Below, piece after piece: positions 9,937 through 20,750 of a stretch of 64,000 bases of DNA. A program made the position numbers and the translations under genes. The stretch covers positions 2,007,007 to 2,071,006 of the forward strand of contig OZ255627.1 of NCBI GenBank assembly GCA_965276765.1, written 5' to 3'. Each line of letters starts with the position of its first letter. Position 1 is the stretch's first letter. The DNA comes from Acidimicrobiales bacterium. Lineage in GTDB: Bacteria > Actinomycetota > Acidimicrobiia > Acidimicrobiales > Palsa-688. Below the pieces are notes generated by a model. That model worked only from the letters and a program-made list of their open reading frames with translations. It was not told the origin of the DNA and did no database searches.

Positions 9937-11196
9937 TCAGGCGGTGGCGATGACGTGGCGCATCACATGGAGGGCGTCCCAGACCTCTCGGTAGGTGGTG
10001 GTGAGGGGAGCGAGGCCGATGCGGATCAGGTCGGGCTGGCGGAAGTCGGGGACGACGCCGGCGGCGATCAGCTGTTCGGTCACGGCCTCGGCGTCGCTGC
10101 CCCTGACGACGATGTGACTCCCCCTGATGGCGGGGCGGCGTGGTGACACGACCTGCCAGCCGAGCGGAGCAAGGAGGGAGTCGGCCAGGTCGGTCGCCAG
10201 GTCCACGAGCTCGATGCTCTTGGCCCTGATGCGGCCGATGCCGGCATCGGCTACCACCTTGACACCCTCGTCGACGGCGACGATCCCTGGCACGTTGGGC
10301 GTCCCCGAGAGCATCCGGCGTACCCCATGCGCCGGCCGGTGGGAGCGGGCCATGGCGAAGACGTCTTCGGCTCCGAACCAGCCGGGGATGGGCTGTTCGA
10401 CGTCGGCGTGGTGGCGGTCGGCGACGTAGATGTACGCCGGCGCGCCCGGCCCGGCGTTGAGGTACTTGTACGTGCAGCCGACGGCGAGGTCAACGCCGGC
10501 GTCGTCCAGACGGACGGGGACTGCGCCCGCCGAATGAGAGAGATCCCACACCACGACGCCCCCGGCGTCGTGGGTCATGGCCGTGAGGGTGGCCATGTCG
10601 GCGAGGTAACCCGAGCGGTAGTCGACATGGCTCAGGACGACCGCTGCGGTCCTCTCGCCGAGAAACGGCCGCAGTTGATCGGCGCTGACACCGCCATCGG
10701 GTCCCGGCGGTACCAAGCGGACCTCGAGCCCAAGGGCCGCAGCTACGGCGTTGACAACGTAGCGATCGGTCGGGAAGTCGGCCTCGTCGATGACGATCTC
10801 GTCACGGCCGGGACGGAGCCCCACCGCGGCGTGAATGGTCTTGTAGAGGTTGACGGTCGTGGAGTCGGCGATGACCGTCTGACCTGTGGCGGCGCCGAGC
10901 ACGGCGGCCCCGAGCCGATCGCCGACCTCGTGGGGGAGATCGAGCCACCGTTCGTCCCAGCTGCGGATCAGACGGGTGGCCCACTCGACGTCGATCAGGT
11001 GGGCGAGACGGTCCACTGTGGCTCTTGGGGTGCGCCCAAGCGAGTTGCCGTCGAGGTAGGCGGCGGGGTCATCGCGGATCACGAACCGATCGCGAAACGA
11101 CGCCAGGGGGTCGTCGGCGTCCGCTTGCGTCACGTCGTCGAGAGTCGGTCTCGCGCCCCGAGGCGGCCGGGCGCCGGACGGTGACAGGTCGGTCAT
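9937..11196 (-). CDS. kynU: Kynureninase
   Basis: Aminotransferase class V fold: 'DLSHSAG...[13 protein letters not shown]' carries the PLP lysine in the kynureninase context. ATGA overlap with kynA upstream. Confidence 0.85.
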   Translation of the reverse strand: MTDLSPSGARPPRGARPTLDDVTQADADDPLASFRDRFVIRDDPAAYLDGNSLGRTPRATVDRLAHLIDVEWATRLIRSWDERWLDLPHEVGDRLGAAVLGAATGQTVIADSTTVNLYKTIHAAVGLRPGRDEIVIDEADFPTDRYVVNAVAAALGLEVRLVPPGPDGGVSADQLRPFLGERTAAVVLSHVDYRSGYLADMATLTAMTHDAGGVVVWDLSHSAGAVPVRLDDAGVDLAVGCTYKYLNAGPGAPAYIYVADRHHADVEQPIPGWFGAEDVFAMARSHRPAHGVRRMLSGTPNVPGIVAVDEGVKVVADAGIGRIRAKSIELVDLATDLADSLLAPLGWQVVSPRRPAIRGSHIVVRGSDAEAVTEQLIAAGVVPDFRQPDLIRIGLAPLTTTYREVWDALHVMRHVIATA

Positions 11197-12047
11197 GGCT
11201 GGTCGCCGATCTCGGCGCGCACGGCGAGCAGCTCGGGAAAGAAGGTCAGCTCGAGGGCTCGACGCAAGAAGGCGACGCCAGAGGATCCGCCCGTTCCCCG
11301 CTTGGACCCGATGACCCGCTCCACCGTCTTCAGGTGCCGAAAACGCCACAGCTGAAAGGCCTCCTCGACGTCGACGAGCTCCTCTGCCGTCTCATAGGCG
11401 GCCCAGTGCGCATCGGGGCGGGCGTAGATGCGTTTGAACGCCTCGACCACGCCGGGAGATGACACGTATGGCACGGACCAGTCACGTTCGACCACATCGT
11501 GGGGGAGGTCGTGGCCGGCGCGGGCCAGGTACCTGAGAAACTCGTCGTACAGGCCGGGTGCGGCGAGGTCGGCGCCCAGTCCGGCGACCGCATCGGGGTC
11601 GTGGGCGAAGACCTCCAGCATCCCGGGCGTCTTGTTGCCGAGGAGAAACTCGACGGTTCGGTACTGCAGTGACTGGAACCCCGATGCCGGGCCGAGGTGA
11701 CCGCGAAACTGCGAGTACTCGATGGGCGTCAACGTGGCGAGCACGGCCCATTGCTCGAACATCTGCTTGAGGATGTGCTTGATGCGGGCAAGGCGTTTGA
11801 GTGCGGGCCCGACGTCGTCGGATGCGAAGAGGGCGATGGCCGATCGCAGTTCGTGGATCAACAGCTTCAACCACAGTTCGGTCACCTGATGCTGGACGAT
11901 GAACAGCATCTCGTCGTGGTGATCCGAGCGGGGATGCTGGGCGCCGAGCAGCCGTCCGAGGTCCAGGTAGGCGTCGTAGGTGAGCGAGCCGGCCAGGTCC
12001 CTGTGTACCCCCGGCTCGATTCGGCGGTAACTCGGGGCTTCGGTCAC
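11193..12047 (-). CDS. kynA: Tryptophan 2,3-dioxygenase
   Basis: '[11 protein letters not shown]', '[14 protein letters not shown]' and 'SGFQSLQYR' are TDO signatures. Confidence 0.85.
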   Translation of the reverse strand: MTEAPSYRRIEPGVHRDLAGSLTYDAYLDLGRLLGAQHPRSDHHDEMLFIVQHQVTELWLKLLIHELRSAIALFASDDVGPALKRLARIKHILKQMFEQWAVLATLTPIEYSQFRGHLGPASGFQSLQYRTVEFLLGNKTPGMLEVFAHDPDAVAGLGADLAAPGLYDEFLRYLARAGHDLPHDVVERDWSVPYVSSPGVVEAFKRIYARPDAHWAAYETAEELVDVEEAFQLWRFRHLKTVERVIGSKRGTGGSSGVAFLRRALELTFFPELLAVRAEIGDQP

Positions 12048-12106
12048 GACCCAAGACTGCCACGCCGTCCCGGGTGGGGCTCGGGGCGGCGTGGCCGAGT
12101 CGGAGG

Positions 12107-13459
12107 TCAGCCGGCGTTGGCTGCGACTGCTGCAGCAGGAACGTAGCTGTGCTCTACCAGCTGGTTACTCGAGGTGAAGCCGTCGACGGCGAAGCCGCTG
12201 AAGGTGTTGTGGTACGAATTGAAGTCCTCCGGACCCGTGGCCCCGGTGTAATTGATCTTGGTCCCCTTCTTGATCAAGCCCACGCAGGAAGCGTAGGTGT
12301 AGCAGGCTGTGCCCGGGGGATTGGACACCTTGGTGATGTCCGCTCGCCACACCTGCGGGTTGGTGGACTTGGCCTCGGTCATGGCCAACGCAGAGATGAT
12401 CACCGAGTCGTACATGTTGTACGAGGAGCTCAGGATGTTCTTGGTGTGCCACGCCGCCTGGTAGTCGGACAGAAAGTGCTGGTAGGCCGTTCCTCCTGGC
12501 GGGGCGCCCGCTACGGAGTAGAGGTACTTGGTGGCGGCCGGTTGGCCGAAGGCCTTGGCGTAGGCCGGTGACCCGAGTACGTCCTCGCCGACCCAGGGCA
12601 CGTTGAGATGACCGAGCTGGCGGGCGTCCGAGAAGACGGTGCTTGCTGTCTGCTCATCGAAGGCGCAGAAGACCACTTGCGGGTGATTGGCGAAGGCATT
12701 GGTGATCTCGGAGAGATACGAGCTCTGATCGGGGACGATCTTCTCGTTGGCGACGACCGTTCCACCCTGGGCCTTGTACGACTTTGTCAATGGAGCCACG
12801 AGACCCTGTGAGTTGGAGGAGTTGTCAAAGACGTACGCGGCTCGTTTGTACCCGTGCTTGACCGCGTAGGTCGCCATCGCGACCACCTCGGCCGAGTCCG
12901 ACGCCGTCGTCCGGTAGACGTATGGGTAATTCATGTGGTTGAGCTGCGTGGTTCCGCCGATGACGTAATCGACCACGTGGCTCGGGTCGAAATCGCCGAT
13001 CACCGACATCACCGTGAGCGAGAAGGGCCCGACGATGAACTTGGGATTTTGAGCCAACAACTTGCGGGCGGCGGGCACGGCGTCGACGGCATCACCAGCG
13101 TCGTCGGCACTTACCGACTTGAGTGGATGGCCCATCACGCCGCCATTGTGATTGACGTCGTAGACGGCAGCGGCGTCGCCATGGACTCCCCATGTGGACA
13201 GCTCAGCCTTGCTTCCGGTGAAGGGGAAGAGCTGCCCGAAGACGATCGGCGACGCGGTCAGGCCATTGGTTCCTGTCCCGGACCCTCCGGCGTTGTTTGG
13301 TGGCGAATTGGATTTCGTCGAGCTGGCACTCGATCCGCAGGCTGCAAGCGTGAGGGCGGCTGCGGCCGCAGCGGCGCCGGCGAGGACGCGGTGACGTCGC
13401 CGGTTCGGAAGGCCGGGTGGCCTCGTCTGGTACGGGTTGGGTGATGACGGTGTAGGCAT
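12107..13459 (-). CDS. ABC transporter substrate-binding lipoprotein (branched-chain amino acid / Liv-type family)
   Basis: Signal peptide with lipobox 'LAACGS'. Periplasmic-binding-protein type I fold. Last gene of the liv-type operon, upstream of kynA. Confidence 0.75.
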   Translation of the reverse strand: MPTPSSPNPYQTRPPGLPNRRRHRVLAGAAAAAAALTLAACGSSASSTKSNSPPNNAGGSGTGTNGLTASPIVFGQLFPFTGSKAELSTWGVHGDAAAVYDVNHNGGVMGHPLKSVSADDAGDAVDAVPAARKLLAQNPKFIVGPFSLTVMSVIGDFDPSHVVDYVIGGTTQLNHMNYPYVYRTTASDSAEVVAMATYAVKHGYKRAAYVFDNSSNSQGLVAPLTKSYKAQGGTVVANEKIVPDQSSYLSEITNAFANHPQVVFCAFDEQTASTVFSDARQLGHLNVPWVGEDVLGSPAYAKAFGQPAATKYLYSVAGAPPGGTAYQHFLSDYQAAWHTKNILSSSYNMYDSVIISALAMTEAKSTNPQVWRADITKVSNPPGTACYTYASCVGLIKKGTKINYTGATGPEDFNSYHNTFSGFAVDGFTSSNQLVEHSYVPAAAVAANAG

Positions 13460-13499
13460 GGTGCGTGAATCCCCCTCGCGTTTCGGTAGTCGGTTGGTG

Positions 13500-14234
13500 C
13501 TAGGCGGTGCTCGGCGGTGTGGGCATGGCGCCGTCTCGGCCCAGGAAGATGGCGGCAAGATCAAGGGCGGCGACTTGCGATGACGGACCCTCGACGTGGT
13601 TGGCCCCGGCCACGAGCACATACACATAACTGGCGTTGGCAAGGGCCCGATCCACGTTTTGCTCGACAACGAGCGCAGCGGTGCCTGTCGCAGTGATCCG
13701 CCTAATCTGCTCCCAGACGATTTCTGTGTACGCGGGAGAGAGACCTGCGGTTGGCTCGTCGAGGATGATCACCCGGGGGTCGAGCATCAGGGCTCTGGCC
13801 ATGCCAAGCATGTTCTGCTGGCCACCCGAGAGCGCACCCCCGCGCTTCGACGCTGCCACTCGCAGGTCCGGGAACGTGTCCAAGACTTCGTCGATACGCT
13901 GCCTGACGCCGGCGGCTCTTGTATAGGCACCCATCTCAAGGTTCTCGATCACGCTTAGGGATGCAAAGACGTTGTCGTTTTGCGGTACATAGGCCAGGCC
14001 ACGTCGGACGATCCTGTGGCCGGCGAGACCGGTCAGCTCTTCGCCTGCGACCCAGACCCTCCCCGCCGTGGGTCGGATGACACCGCAGACGGCTTTGGCG
14101 AATGTGGACTTGCCGGCGCCGTTGGGGCCAACGATCGCCGTCAGCCCGCCGTCGGGCACCTCGACCGACACATCGCGAACGATCGGGACTCTGGAGTAGC
14201 CCGCAGTGATGCTTTCAGCTTTGAATGCTTCCAC
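13500..14234 (-). CDS. ABC transporter ATP-binding protein (LivF-like)
   Basis: Walker A 'GPNGAGKST', signature 'LSGGQQ', Walker B 'ILDEP'. Confidence 0.85.
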   Translation of the reverse strand: MEAFKAESITAGYSRVPIVRDVSVEVPDGGLTAIVGPNGAGKSTFAKAVCGVIRPTAGRVWVAGEELTGLAGHRIVRRGLAYVPQNDNVFASLSVIENLEMGAYTRAAGVRQRIDEVLDTFPDLRVAASKRGGALSGGQQNMLGMARALMLDPRVIILDEPTAGLSPAYTEIVWEQIRRITATGTAALVVEQNVDRALANASYVYVLVAGANHVEGPSSQVAALDLAAIFLGRDGAMPTPPSTA

Positions 14235-15024
14235 TGAGCGCCCCTCCCAGATAGGCCCTGACCACCTCGGGGTTCCTGCGCAGCTCGGCCATGGACCCCA
14301 CGGCGAGGGTGCGTCCCTCGGCCATGACGATGACCCGCTCGCAGATGCGCTCGACGATGTTGAGGTTGTGCTCGACCATCAGCACGGTCACTCCCGATTC
14401 CCTCAGCCCGACGATGTGGGTACCGATGCGATCGATCAGGGCCGGGTTGATACCGGCCATGGGTTCGTCGAGCAGCAGCACCCGCGGCTCCGCCATCACC
14501 GAACGAGCCAGCTCGAGTAAGCGCTTCTGGCCCCCCGACAGCTCCCCCGCCCTACTGTCGCGCAGGTCGTACAGTCCGTAGGTTTGGAGGATCTCGGTGG
14601 CCCGGGCCAGGTTGGCACGCTCTTCCCTCCGGATCAGCCCCGGCCGGAAGTACACGTTCCAGAGGGATTCCCCTGCCTGTTCGCGTGGGGTGACCATCAG
14701 GTTCTCGAGGACGGTCAGTCGCGCGAATTCTCTCGATAGCTGAAAGGTCCTGATCAGTCCGGCACCGGCCATCCGGTTGGCTGGCCAGCCCGTGACGTTG
14801 CGTCCTCCGAGGGTGACTCGCCCGTCGTCGGGTCGCAATGCCCCGGCGATCATGTTGACTGCCGTCGACTTGCCGGCTCCGTTAGGGCCGATCAGCGCGC
14901 TTATGGTGCCTTCGGCCACGTCAAACGACGCCCCGTCGACGGCCACGACTCCGCCGAACGACTTGCGCAGTCCTTCTGAGGAGAGTGCCGTCCCCGACGG
15001 AGCGCCCGCCGTCGGGACGTTCAT
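14215..15024 (-). CDS. ABC transporter ATP-binding protein (LivG-like)
   Basis: Walker A 'GPNGAGKST', signature 'LSGGQKR', Walker B 'LLLDEP'. ATGA overlap with the upstream permease. The Arg-rich N-terminal ORF portion is rejected. Confidence 0.85.
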   Translation of the reverse strand: MNVPTAGAPSGTALSSEGLRKSFGGVVAVDGASFDVAEGTISALIGPNGAGKSTAVNMIAGALRPDDGRVTLGGRNVTGWPANRMAGAGLIRTFQLSREFARLTVLENLMVTPREQAGESLWNVYFRPGLIRREERANLARATEILQTYGLYDLRDSRAGELSGGQKRLLELARSVMAEPRVLLLDEPMAGINPALIDRIGTHIVGLRESGVTVLMVEHNLNIVERICERVIVMAEGRTLAVGSMAELRRNPEVVRAYLGGALSGSIQS

Positions 15025-16088
15025 CGCCCCGCCCCCGACGTCCCGACGTCGGCGTCTCCCATCGATCGGCTGGCCTTGGCGAACCGCCGCCCGCCGCCGC
15101 TGTGGCCCTCGCCCTCCCACGCGTCCATGAGCGACAGCCGCTCGAAGCTTCTCCGCCGTTCGGGGATGACGCCCTGGGGTCGGAACCACAGCACGGCCAG
15201 CAACAGGACCCCGATGATCATGTTGTCGATCTCCGGGACGAGAGCGGGGTGGCCTGGGATACCAGGAAGAAACTTCGGAAGCTGGACGAAGACCACGGGC
15301 ACGATCAGCGACCCGAGGATCGCCCCGACGTTGTTGGCCAGGCCGCCGACAATGAGGGCGGCGAAGATGATGAACGTCTCGGGGGTTGTCCAAGCGCTGG
15401 TATTGAACGCCGAGGAAAGCTCGATGAGTAGGCCTCCACCGATACCGGCGTAGAAGGAGCCGATGACCATTGCCGCGAGCTGATAGCCGAACACGTTCTT
15501 GCCGAGCGACCGAGCCACGTCGGGGTCGTCGCGGATCGAGCGAAGCGTCCGGCCGAATGGTGAGTTGGAGATCCGGGTCATCAGCCACCACAGCACCGCT
15601 GCGACCACGAGGGTGAAGACAGGGAAGACGTAGAGGAACGTGTTGGCGTTGAGGTTGAAGGCTCCCACGAAGGGCTGGGGGACGGCGTTGAGGCCGTCAG
15701 CGCCGTCGAAGAGGGCGGTGTAGTTGTTGGCGATGTCGTAGCAGACGGTGGCGAGGGAGATCATGACGATCGCCAGATAATCGCTGCGGAGCCGCCGGAA
15801 GGCGATCAAGCTGATCAGCACGCCGAGCAGGGATGCGGCCAGCCCTCCGGCGATGAGGTTGAGTGGGAACGGTACGTGTGAACCCAGGATGTAGCTCTGC
15901 CCGCTGGTCGCGTTCGGGGGTCCAAGACTGAGCACGCCGGTGATGTACGCACCGGCCGCAACGAAGGCGATGTAGGCAAAGTTGAGTATCCCGGTCTCGC
16001 CGAACTGGAGGTTGAGTCCCCAGTTCAAGATGGTGTAGACGAAGAAGAAGACGACGAGAGTCAGGATGTAGAAGACGAAAGCGGGCAC
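15021..16088 (-). CDS. Branched-chain amino acid ABC permease (LivM-like)
   Basis: Polytopic permease fold. GTG start 1 nt after the LivH-like stop. Confidence 0.75.
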   Translation of the reverse strand: MPAFVFYILTLVVFFFVYTILNWGLNLQFGETGILNFAYIAFVAAGAYITGVLSLGPPNATSGQSYILGSHVPFPLNLIAGGLAASLLGVLISLIAFRRLRSDYLAIVMISLATVCYDIANNYTALFDGADGLNAVPQPFVGAFNLNANTFLYVFPVFTLVVAAVLWWLMTRISNSPFGRTLRSIRDDPDVARSLGKNVFGYQLAAMVIGSFYAGIGGGLLIELSSAFNTSAWTTPETFIIFAALIVGGLANNVGAILGSLIVPVVFVQLPKFLPGIPGHPALVPEIDNMIIGVLLLAVLWFRPQGVIPERRRSFERLSLMDAWEGEGHSGGGRRFAKASRSMGDADVGTSGAGR

Positions 16089-16089
16089 G

Positions 16090-16965
16090 TCAGGCCTTTC
16101 CTGCGGAAGCAAGGATCCCCTGAGGGCGGACGAGCAGGACGATGACAAGGACGCCGAAGGCGAGGTCGAGCTTGTAGGCCGGCATCGCTATGGCGGAGAT
16201 CTCCGTTACCAAGCCGATGACCAAGGCCCCGAGCATGGCCCCATAGGGTCTCCCAATGCCGCCAAGGATCACGGCGGCGAAGATGACGAACAGGTAGGTC
16301 TCACCCGAAGACGGGGTGATGCTGGCCACATTGATGCCGAGTACTGTGCCGGCCAGTCCGGCGAGCAGCCCGCTGATGAACCAGGTGATCATCGTCACCT
16401 TGCCGGTGTCGATGCCGCTCACGGTGGCGAGAGAGGTGTTGTCGGACATGGCCCGCATCGCCTTTCCCAGCTTGGTGCGGGTGAGGAGCAGATGGACCGC
16501 CACCATGAGCACGACGCCGAGGAAAAAGATGATGATCTCGTCCTTGGTCAGGAGAAACGGGCCAAGGTGATAGGGGTTCTGTAGGGGAAGGCTGTAGAGC
16601 TTGTAGCTCGGTCCCCACACCGCCTCGACGAAGTTGAGAATGATCAGCGAGAGGCCGAACGTGACGATCAGGATGTACACCAGGTTTGAGGAGAAGCGCC
16701 GGGCGAATGGGCCGAGGACGAAACGGTTCAGGACCACCGCCACGACGCCCATGCCGAGGGCGCCGATGACCATCGAGATCCATATGTTCCATCCGAGGCC
16801 GCTGTTGACCTCCCACGCAAAGTAGGCGCCGAGGGCCATGAAGTCGCCGTAGGCGAAGTTGACGTAATTGGTCACGCCGAACTGCAGGGTCAGCCCGACC
16901 GATGCGATGGCGATGATCGAAGCGGTGACGAGCCCGAACCCCACGGACATGGTGAATTGATCCAT
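16090..16965 (-). CDS. Branched-chain amino acid ABC permease (LivH-like)
   Basis: Polytopic permease. Start taken at 'MDQF'. Confidence 0.75.
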   Translation of the reverse strand: MDQFTMSVGFGLVTASIIAIASVGLTLQFGVTNYVNFAYGDFMALGAYFAWEVNSGLGWNIWISMVIGALGMGVVAVVLNRFVLGPFARRFSSNLVYILIVTFGLSLIILNFVEAVWGPSYKLYSLPLQNPYHLGPFLLTKDEIIIFFLGVVLMVAVHLLLTRTKLGKAMRAMSDNTSLATVSGIDTGKVTMITWFISGLLAGLAGTVLGINVASITPSSGETYLFVIFAAVILGGIGRPYGAMLGALVIGLVTEISAIAMPAYKLDLAFGVLVIVLLVRPQGILASAGKA

Positions 16966-17174
16966 CCGTCGAAGACTCGCACGAAGGCCCAAAATGCGGT
17001 CCCCTTCGGATGGCTTCGTCGCGATCGCTTACCTTCCACGACCTTGTGCTCATTGTGCTCACTCGAGCCGCCTGGCCGCGGGCCCGTCCGATGGGTGGCG
17101 GCTACCATCGACCGAGACGTGGAGGAGGGGGTCCTGCCCGCACCGTTATCCGAGGGGGGATCGTGGGAGTCGTT

Positions 17175-18848
17175 ATGCGACCGAGGAGGCTCTCGGGGCA
17201 GATCACGCTCACGCAGCTCGTCATCCTTGTGACGACGCTGCTGGCCGGCTTCGGGCTGGTCACGTGGCGATTGCAGGTCCATATCGACCGGCTCTACGAG
17301 CAGCGGGCGCTGTCGATCGCCGAGACGGTCGCCGCCACGGACAGCATCGCCGACCAGGTGACCGCCGGCGACCCGGGTGGGCGGTTGGAGCAGGTAACGT
17401 CGGGGATCCAGCGACAGACCGGCGCGGCGTTCGTTGTCATCACCAACGCGTCAGGGATCCGGTACTCCCATCCCAACAAGTCGCTCATCGGCAAGTCCGT
17501 CACCGACGATCCGGAGTCGAGGTCATCCGAACCGTTCAGGACCGGCCGCACGTGGGTCGGAATACAGATCGGAACGCTGGGTCGTACCGCACGCGGCAAG
17601 GCGCCCTTGTTCGACGAGGGTCACCGGATCGTGGGAGAGGTATCGGTCGGGTTCCCCGAGGATCAGGCTGCCGCCCAGCTGGTCGCCGAGCTCCCGACGA
17701 TCGGGCTCTACCTGCTGGCCACCCTGATCGTAGGCATCCTCGCCTCGCTCGGGCTCGCCCGGCGGCTGAAACGCCAGACCTTCGGCCTCGAGCTCGACGA
17801 GATCGCCGCGCTGCTTCAGGAGCGGGAGGCCATGCTGCACGGCGTGCGCGAAGGGGTGCTCGGTTACGACACCAAGGGAAGGGTGCTGCTCGCCAACGAC
17901 AAGGTCCGGGAGCTCCTCGAGCTCCCCGCCGGTGTCGTCGGCCGCGCCATCGACGAGCTCATCCCCGCCGGCAGGGTGCGAGAGGTGGTGCGAGGCACGG
18001 TGGCCGGCGCCGACCAGGTCGTCGTCATCGGAGAACGGGTCCTGGTCGTGAATCGGATGCCCATCCGAGTCGACTACCGCCGCCATCTCGGCTGGGTCGT
18101 CACCTTCCACGACAGGACCGAGCCCGAGGGGCTCTTGCGCGAGCTCGATACGGTCCTTGGCCTCACGGACGCGCTGCGAGCGCAGTCGCACGAGTTCACC
18201 AATCGCCTGCACACCTTGGCCGGGCTGGTGGAGCTCGGCCGTTACGACGAGGCGATCGGCTACGTCACCGAGGTCAGTGTGCAGCGCAATACCTTCACCG
18301 ACCGGCTCCTGGCCACGATCCGCGACCCGATGGTGGCGGCGCTGCTGCTGGCCAAAACCTCGGTTGCCCTTGAGCGCGGCGTCGAGCTGCACGTTGCACG
18401 TGACAGCGAGGTCAACGGGGAGTTGCTGGATACGGCCGACGTGATCACCGTGCTCGGCAACCTCGTCGACAACGCCCTCGATGCCAGTACGGAGAGCGAA
18501 CGGGCCCCGCGAGTCGAGGTGTACCTGGCATCGGTGGGTAAGGACCTGGTCATACGGGTGAGCGACTCGGGGCCTGGGGTGCCTTTATCGGAGCGTGAAG
18601 CGATCTTCACGGACGGCTACAGCACGAAGTCGTCGCGTACCGGAGCCAGGCGTGGCCTCGGTCTATCCGTGGTACGGAGCCTCGCCGGGCGCCGGTCCGG
18701 GATGGTTCAGGTTTCCGGCGGCGAGGGCGGTGCAGTATTCACCGTCCTCCTGACGGGATGCGTCAGCCACGACCGCAGCGCGTCGCTGCCAAGTCCCGAG
18801 GCCGTCGATACCGAGGCCATCGATACCGAGGCAGCGGTCGGACGATGA
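17175..18848 (+). CDS. Sensor histidine kinase, CitA/DcuS-like family
   Basis: Two TM helices flank a ~180-aa extracytoplasmic domain. 'SHEFTNRLHTLAG' is the SpoOB-type His-kinase motif, followed by an HATPase_c region 'NLVDNALDA'. ATGA overlap with the downstream response regulator. Confidence 0.8.
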   Translation: MRPRRLSGQITLTQLVILVTTLLAGFGLVTWRLQVHIDRLYEQRALSIAETVAATDSIADQVTAGDPGGRLEQVTSGIQRQTGAAFVVITNASGIRYSHPNKSLIGKSVTDDPESRSSEPFRTGRTWVGIQIGTLGRTARGKAPLFDEGHRIVGEVSVGFPEDQAAAQLVAELPTIGLYLLATLIVGILASLGLARRLKRQTFGLELDEIAALLQEREAMLHGVREGVLGYDTKGRVLLANDKVRELLELPAGVVGRAIDELIPAGRVREVVRGTVAGADQVVVIGERVLVVNRMPIRVDYRRHLGWVVTFHDRTEPEGLLRELDTVLGLTDALRAQSHEFTNRLHTLAGLVELGRYDEAIGYVTEVSVQRNTFTDRLLATIRDPMVAALLLAKTSVALERGVELHVARDSEVNGELLDTADVITVLGNLVDNALDASTESERAPRVEVYLASVGKDLVIRVSDSGPGVPLSEREAIFTDGYSTKSSRTGARRGLGLSVVRSLAGRRSGMVQVSGGEGGAVFTVLLTGCVSHDRSASLPSPEAVDTEAIDTEAAVGR

Positions 18849-19546
18849 TCCGCGCCCTAATCGTCGACGACGACTTCAGGGTCGCCAGTATCCACGCGTC
18901 CTACGTCGAACAGGTGGGTGGGTTCGACGTGATCGGGCAGGCCTACTCGGGCCAGGCCACCCTCGACGCCGTAGCCACCTCCCGTCCCGACGTGGTGCTT
19001 CTGGACCTCTACCTGCCTGACATCCACGGCCTCGACGTGTTGCGCCGCTTGCGGGTCAGCTCTACGACGCCGCTCGATGTGATCGTCATCACGGCCGCGA
19101 ATGACACCGCGAGCGTCCGTGCCGCCATGCAGGCGGGCGCTCTGCACTATCTGCTCAAACCTTTCGGCTTTCCGACCCTCAGGGACAAGCTCCGCTCCTA
19201 CCAGGGGATGCGCTCGGAGCTGGTGTCCCGACCACAGACGGACCAATCGCGCATCGACAAGGCGTATGGCGTGTTGCGCAGCCCCTGCGCGGTTGGCTCA
19301 CACGCCAACGTCTCACCCACCCTCGATGCAGTAGAGAACACCCTGGCGAAAGCCGACAACGCCCTTTCCGCCTCCGACGTGGCTGCCATGACCGGCATGA
19401 GTCGCGCTACGGCCCAGCGGTACCTGACTCAGCTGCTTTCGCTCGGTCGGGCTACCATCGCTCTGCGGTACGGGACGAGCGGTCGACCTGAACATCGCTA
19501 TCAGGCACCGACCGGAGTCCCTGGCGGACCTCATCGTGACCGGTGA
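18845..19546 (+). CDS. Response regulator, CitB/DcuR-like
   Basis: Receiver domain 'LIVDDD...VVLLDLYLPD' plus a C-terminal HTH. Confidence 0.8.
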   Translation: MIRALIVDDDFRVASIHASYVEQVGGFDVIGQAYSGQATLDAVATSRPDVVLLDLYLPDIHGLDVLRRLRVSSTTPLDVIVITAANDTASVRAAMQAGALHYLLKPFGFPTLRDKLRSYQGMRSELVSRPQTDQSRIDKAYGVLRSPCAVGSHANVSPTLDAVENTLAKADNALSASDVAAMTGMSRATAQRYLTQLLSLGRATIALRYGTSGRPEHRYQAPTGVPGGPHRDR

Positions 19547-19565
19547 CGGCAGACGGAGCTGGAGG

Positions 19566-20750
19566 TCAGCCGGACGAACCGTACTGGATCGGGACGTCGA
19601 TCTTCTCGGTCTTGGTCCAGTGGCCTGCGCCGGGGTCGAGATGCCACACCGAGAGGACGGAGCCGCTGACGGCGAATGCGTACGCGCCGCCGCCCCGACC
19701 CGTCGCCGTGGTGGGAAAGGCGACGGTTCGTGTCGTCGTCGGAGGCGAAGGGAGCGCGGTCCAGTGGTGGGCACGGTCACCGAGGTACAGCTTCGGGTGC
19801 GTTCCCCCGGTCAACACCCATAGGCCGCCGGAGTTGGCGGGGCCCGTGGCTCGCAGCGGCCCGGCCGGGGAGAGCCGGAGCGGGGCGGTGGTGTCCCACG
19901 TCCCTCTCGTGTCCCAGGCGGCGACCAGAGCGGTCCCGCTCGCCGACGTGGCAGCGACCAGGGCGGCGACACCCGTCCCGGATGGGATAAGGCGGAGGAC
20001 GGTGGCAGAAGCGTCGGCCGTCGCCCCCGGCATTTTTGGTCCGTCGAGCTGCCAGGTCCGCCCTGAGGGCCGCAGGATCCCGGCGACACCCCTACGGCGG
20101 CAGGCAACCCCCAGGAGGGGCGCTCCGGCGGTCCCTGGTCCGATGGCGGTGATGGCGCCGACGTTGCAGGCGCGGAGTGTGGGTCCTCCATCGAGCGCAG
20201 CGGCGACATCGGTGACCGGCGCCCACGACGAGAGGCTCTTCGACTCATGGACGACCCGCTGCTTCGATCCGCGCAGGAGAGCGTCGGCACCGGCGCCCGA
20301 ATCGGTCAGGGCATCGGGTGACGCCGCGAGTGCCGATGGCAGGACCCCGGGGATCCAGGCGGTTCCACGATTGGACGTGGCCACGACGGTCGAAAAGTGC
20401 AGCAGGTTCGCCGGGAGCACGCCGACGAGCAGACGCGATGGTGTCCCCGAAGTGACCAGGCCACCGTTGGTTGCTATGCCCGGTGGCGTCTCGAGCTTCC
20501 ACGAGGACGAGCCCGACGGCAGGGCGACCAGCTGCCAAAAGGTGTTGAGCGCCTCGCCGATGTGGCCCATGGGGACCGTGGCCCACGTGGCGCCGTCGGC
20601 CGTGAGTGACGTGGCGAGCGGGTCGGTGGCCGTGGACGTCGCGCGTGCTGCCGGCCCCCCGGTCGACGAGACAGTGGTGGAGCCACACGAGGCGCACAGC
20701 GCAACCCCAACGGCGGCCGCGATGGCGGCGACGATCCTTCGGCCGTTCAC
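19566..20750 (-). CDS. Secreted lipoprotein with BNR/Asp-box-like beta-propeller repeats (Ycf48-like)
   Basis: Signal peptide with lipobox 'LCASCGS'. Repeated 'S/T-x-x-G-x-x-W' motifs ('NRGTAWIPG', 'SGRTWQLDG', 'TRGTWDTT', 'GAGHWTKT', 'DGATWATV'). Start (GTG near 20750) is approximate. Overlaps the stop of the upstream membrane-Sco gene. Confidence 0.55.
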   Translation of the reverse strand: MNGRRIVAAIAAAVGVALCASCGSTTVSSTGGPAARATSTATDPLATSLTADGATWATVPMGHIGEALNTFWQLVALPSGSSSWKLETPPGIATNGGLVTSGTPSRLLVGVLPANLLHFSTVVATSNRGTAWIPGVLPSALAASPDALTDSGAGADALLRGSKQRVVHESKSLSSWAPVTDVAAALDGGPTLRACNVGAITAIGPGTAGAPLLGVACRRRGVAGILRPSGRTWQLDGPKMPGATADASATVLRLIPSGTGVAALVAATSASGTALVAAWDTRGTWDTTAPLRLSPAGPLRATGPANSGGLWVLTGGTHPKLYLGDRAHHWTALPSPPTTTRTVAFPTTATGRGGGAYAFAVSGSVLSVWHLDPGAGHWTKTEKIDVPIQYGSSG

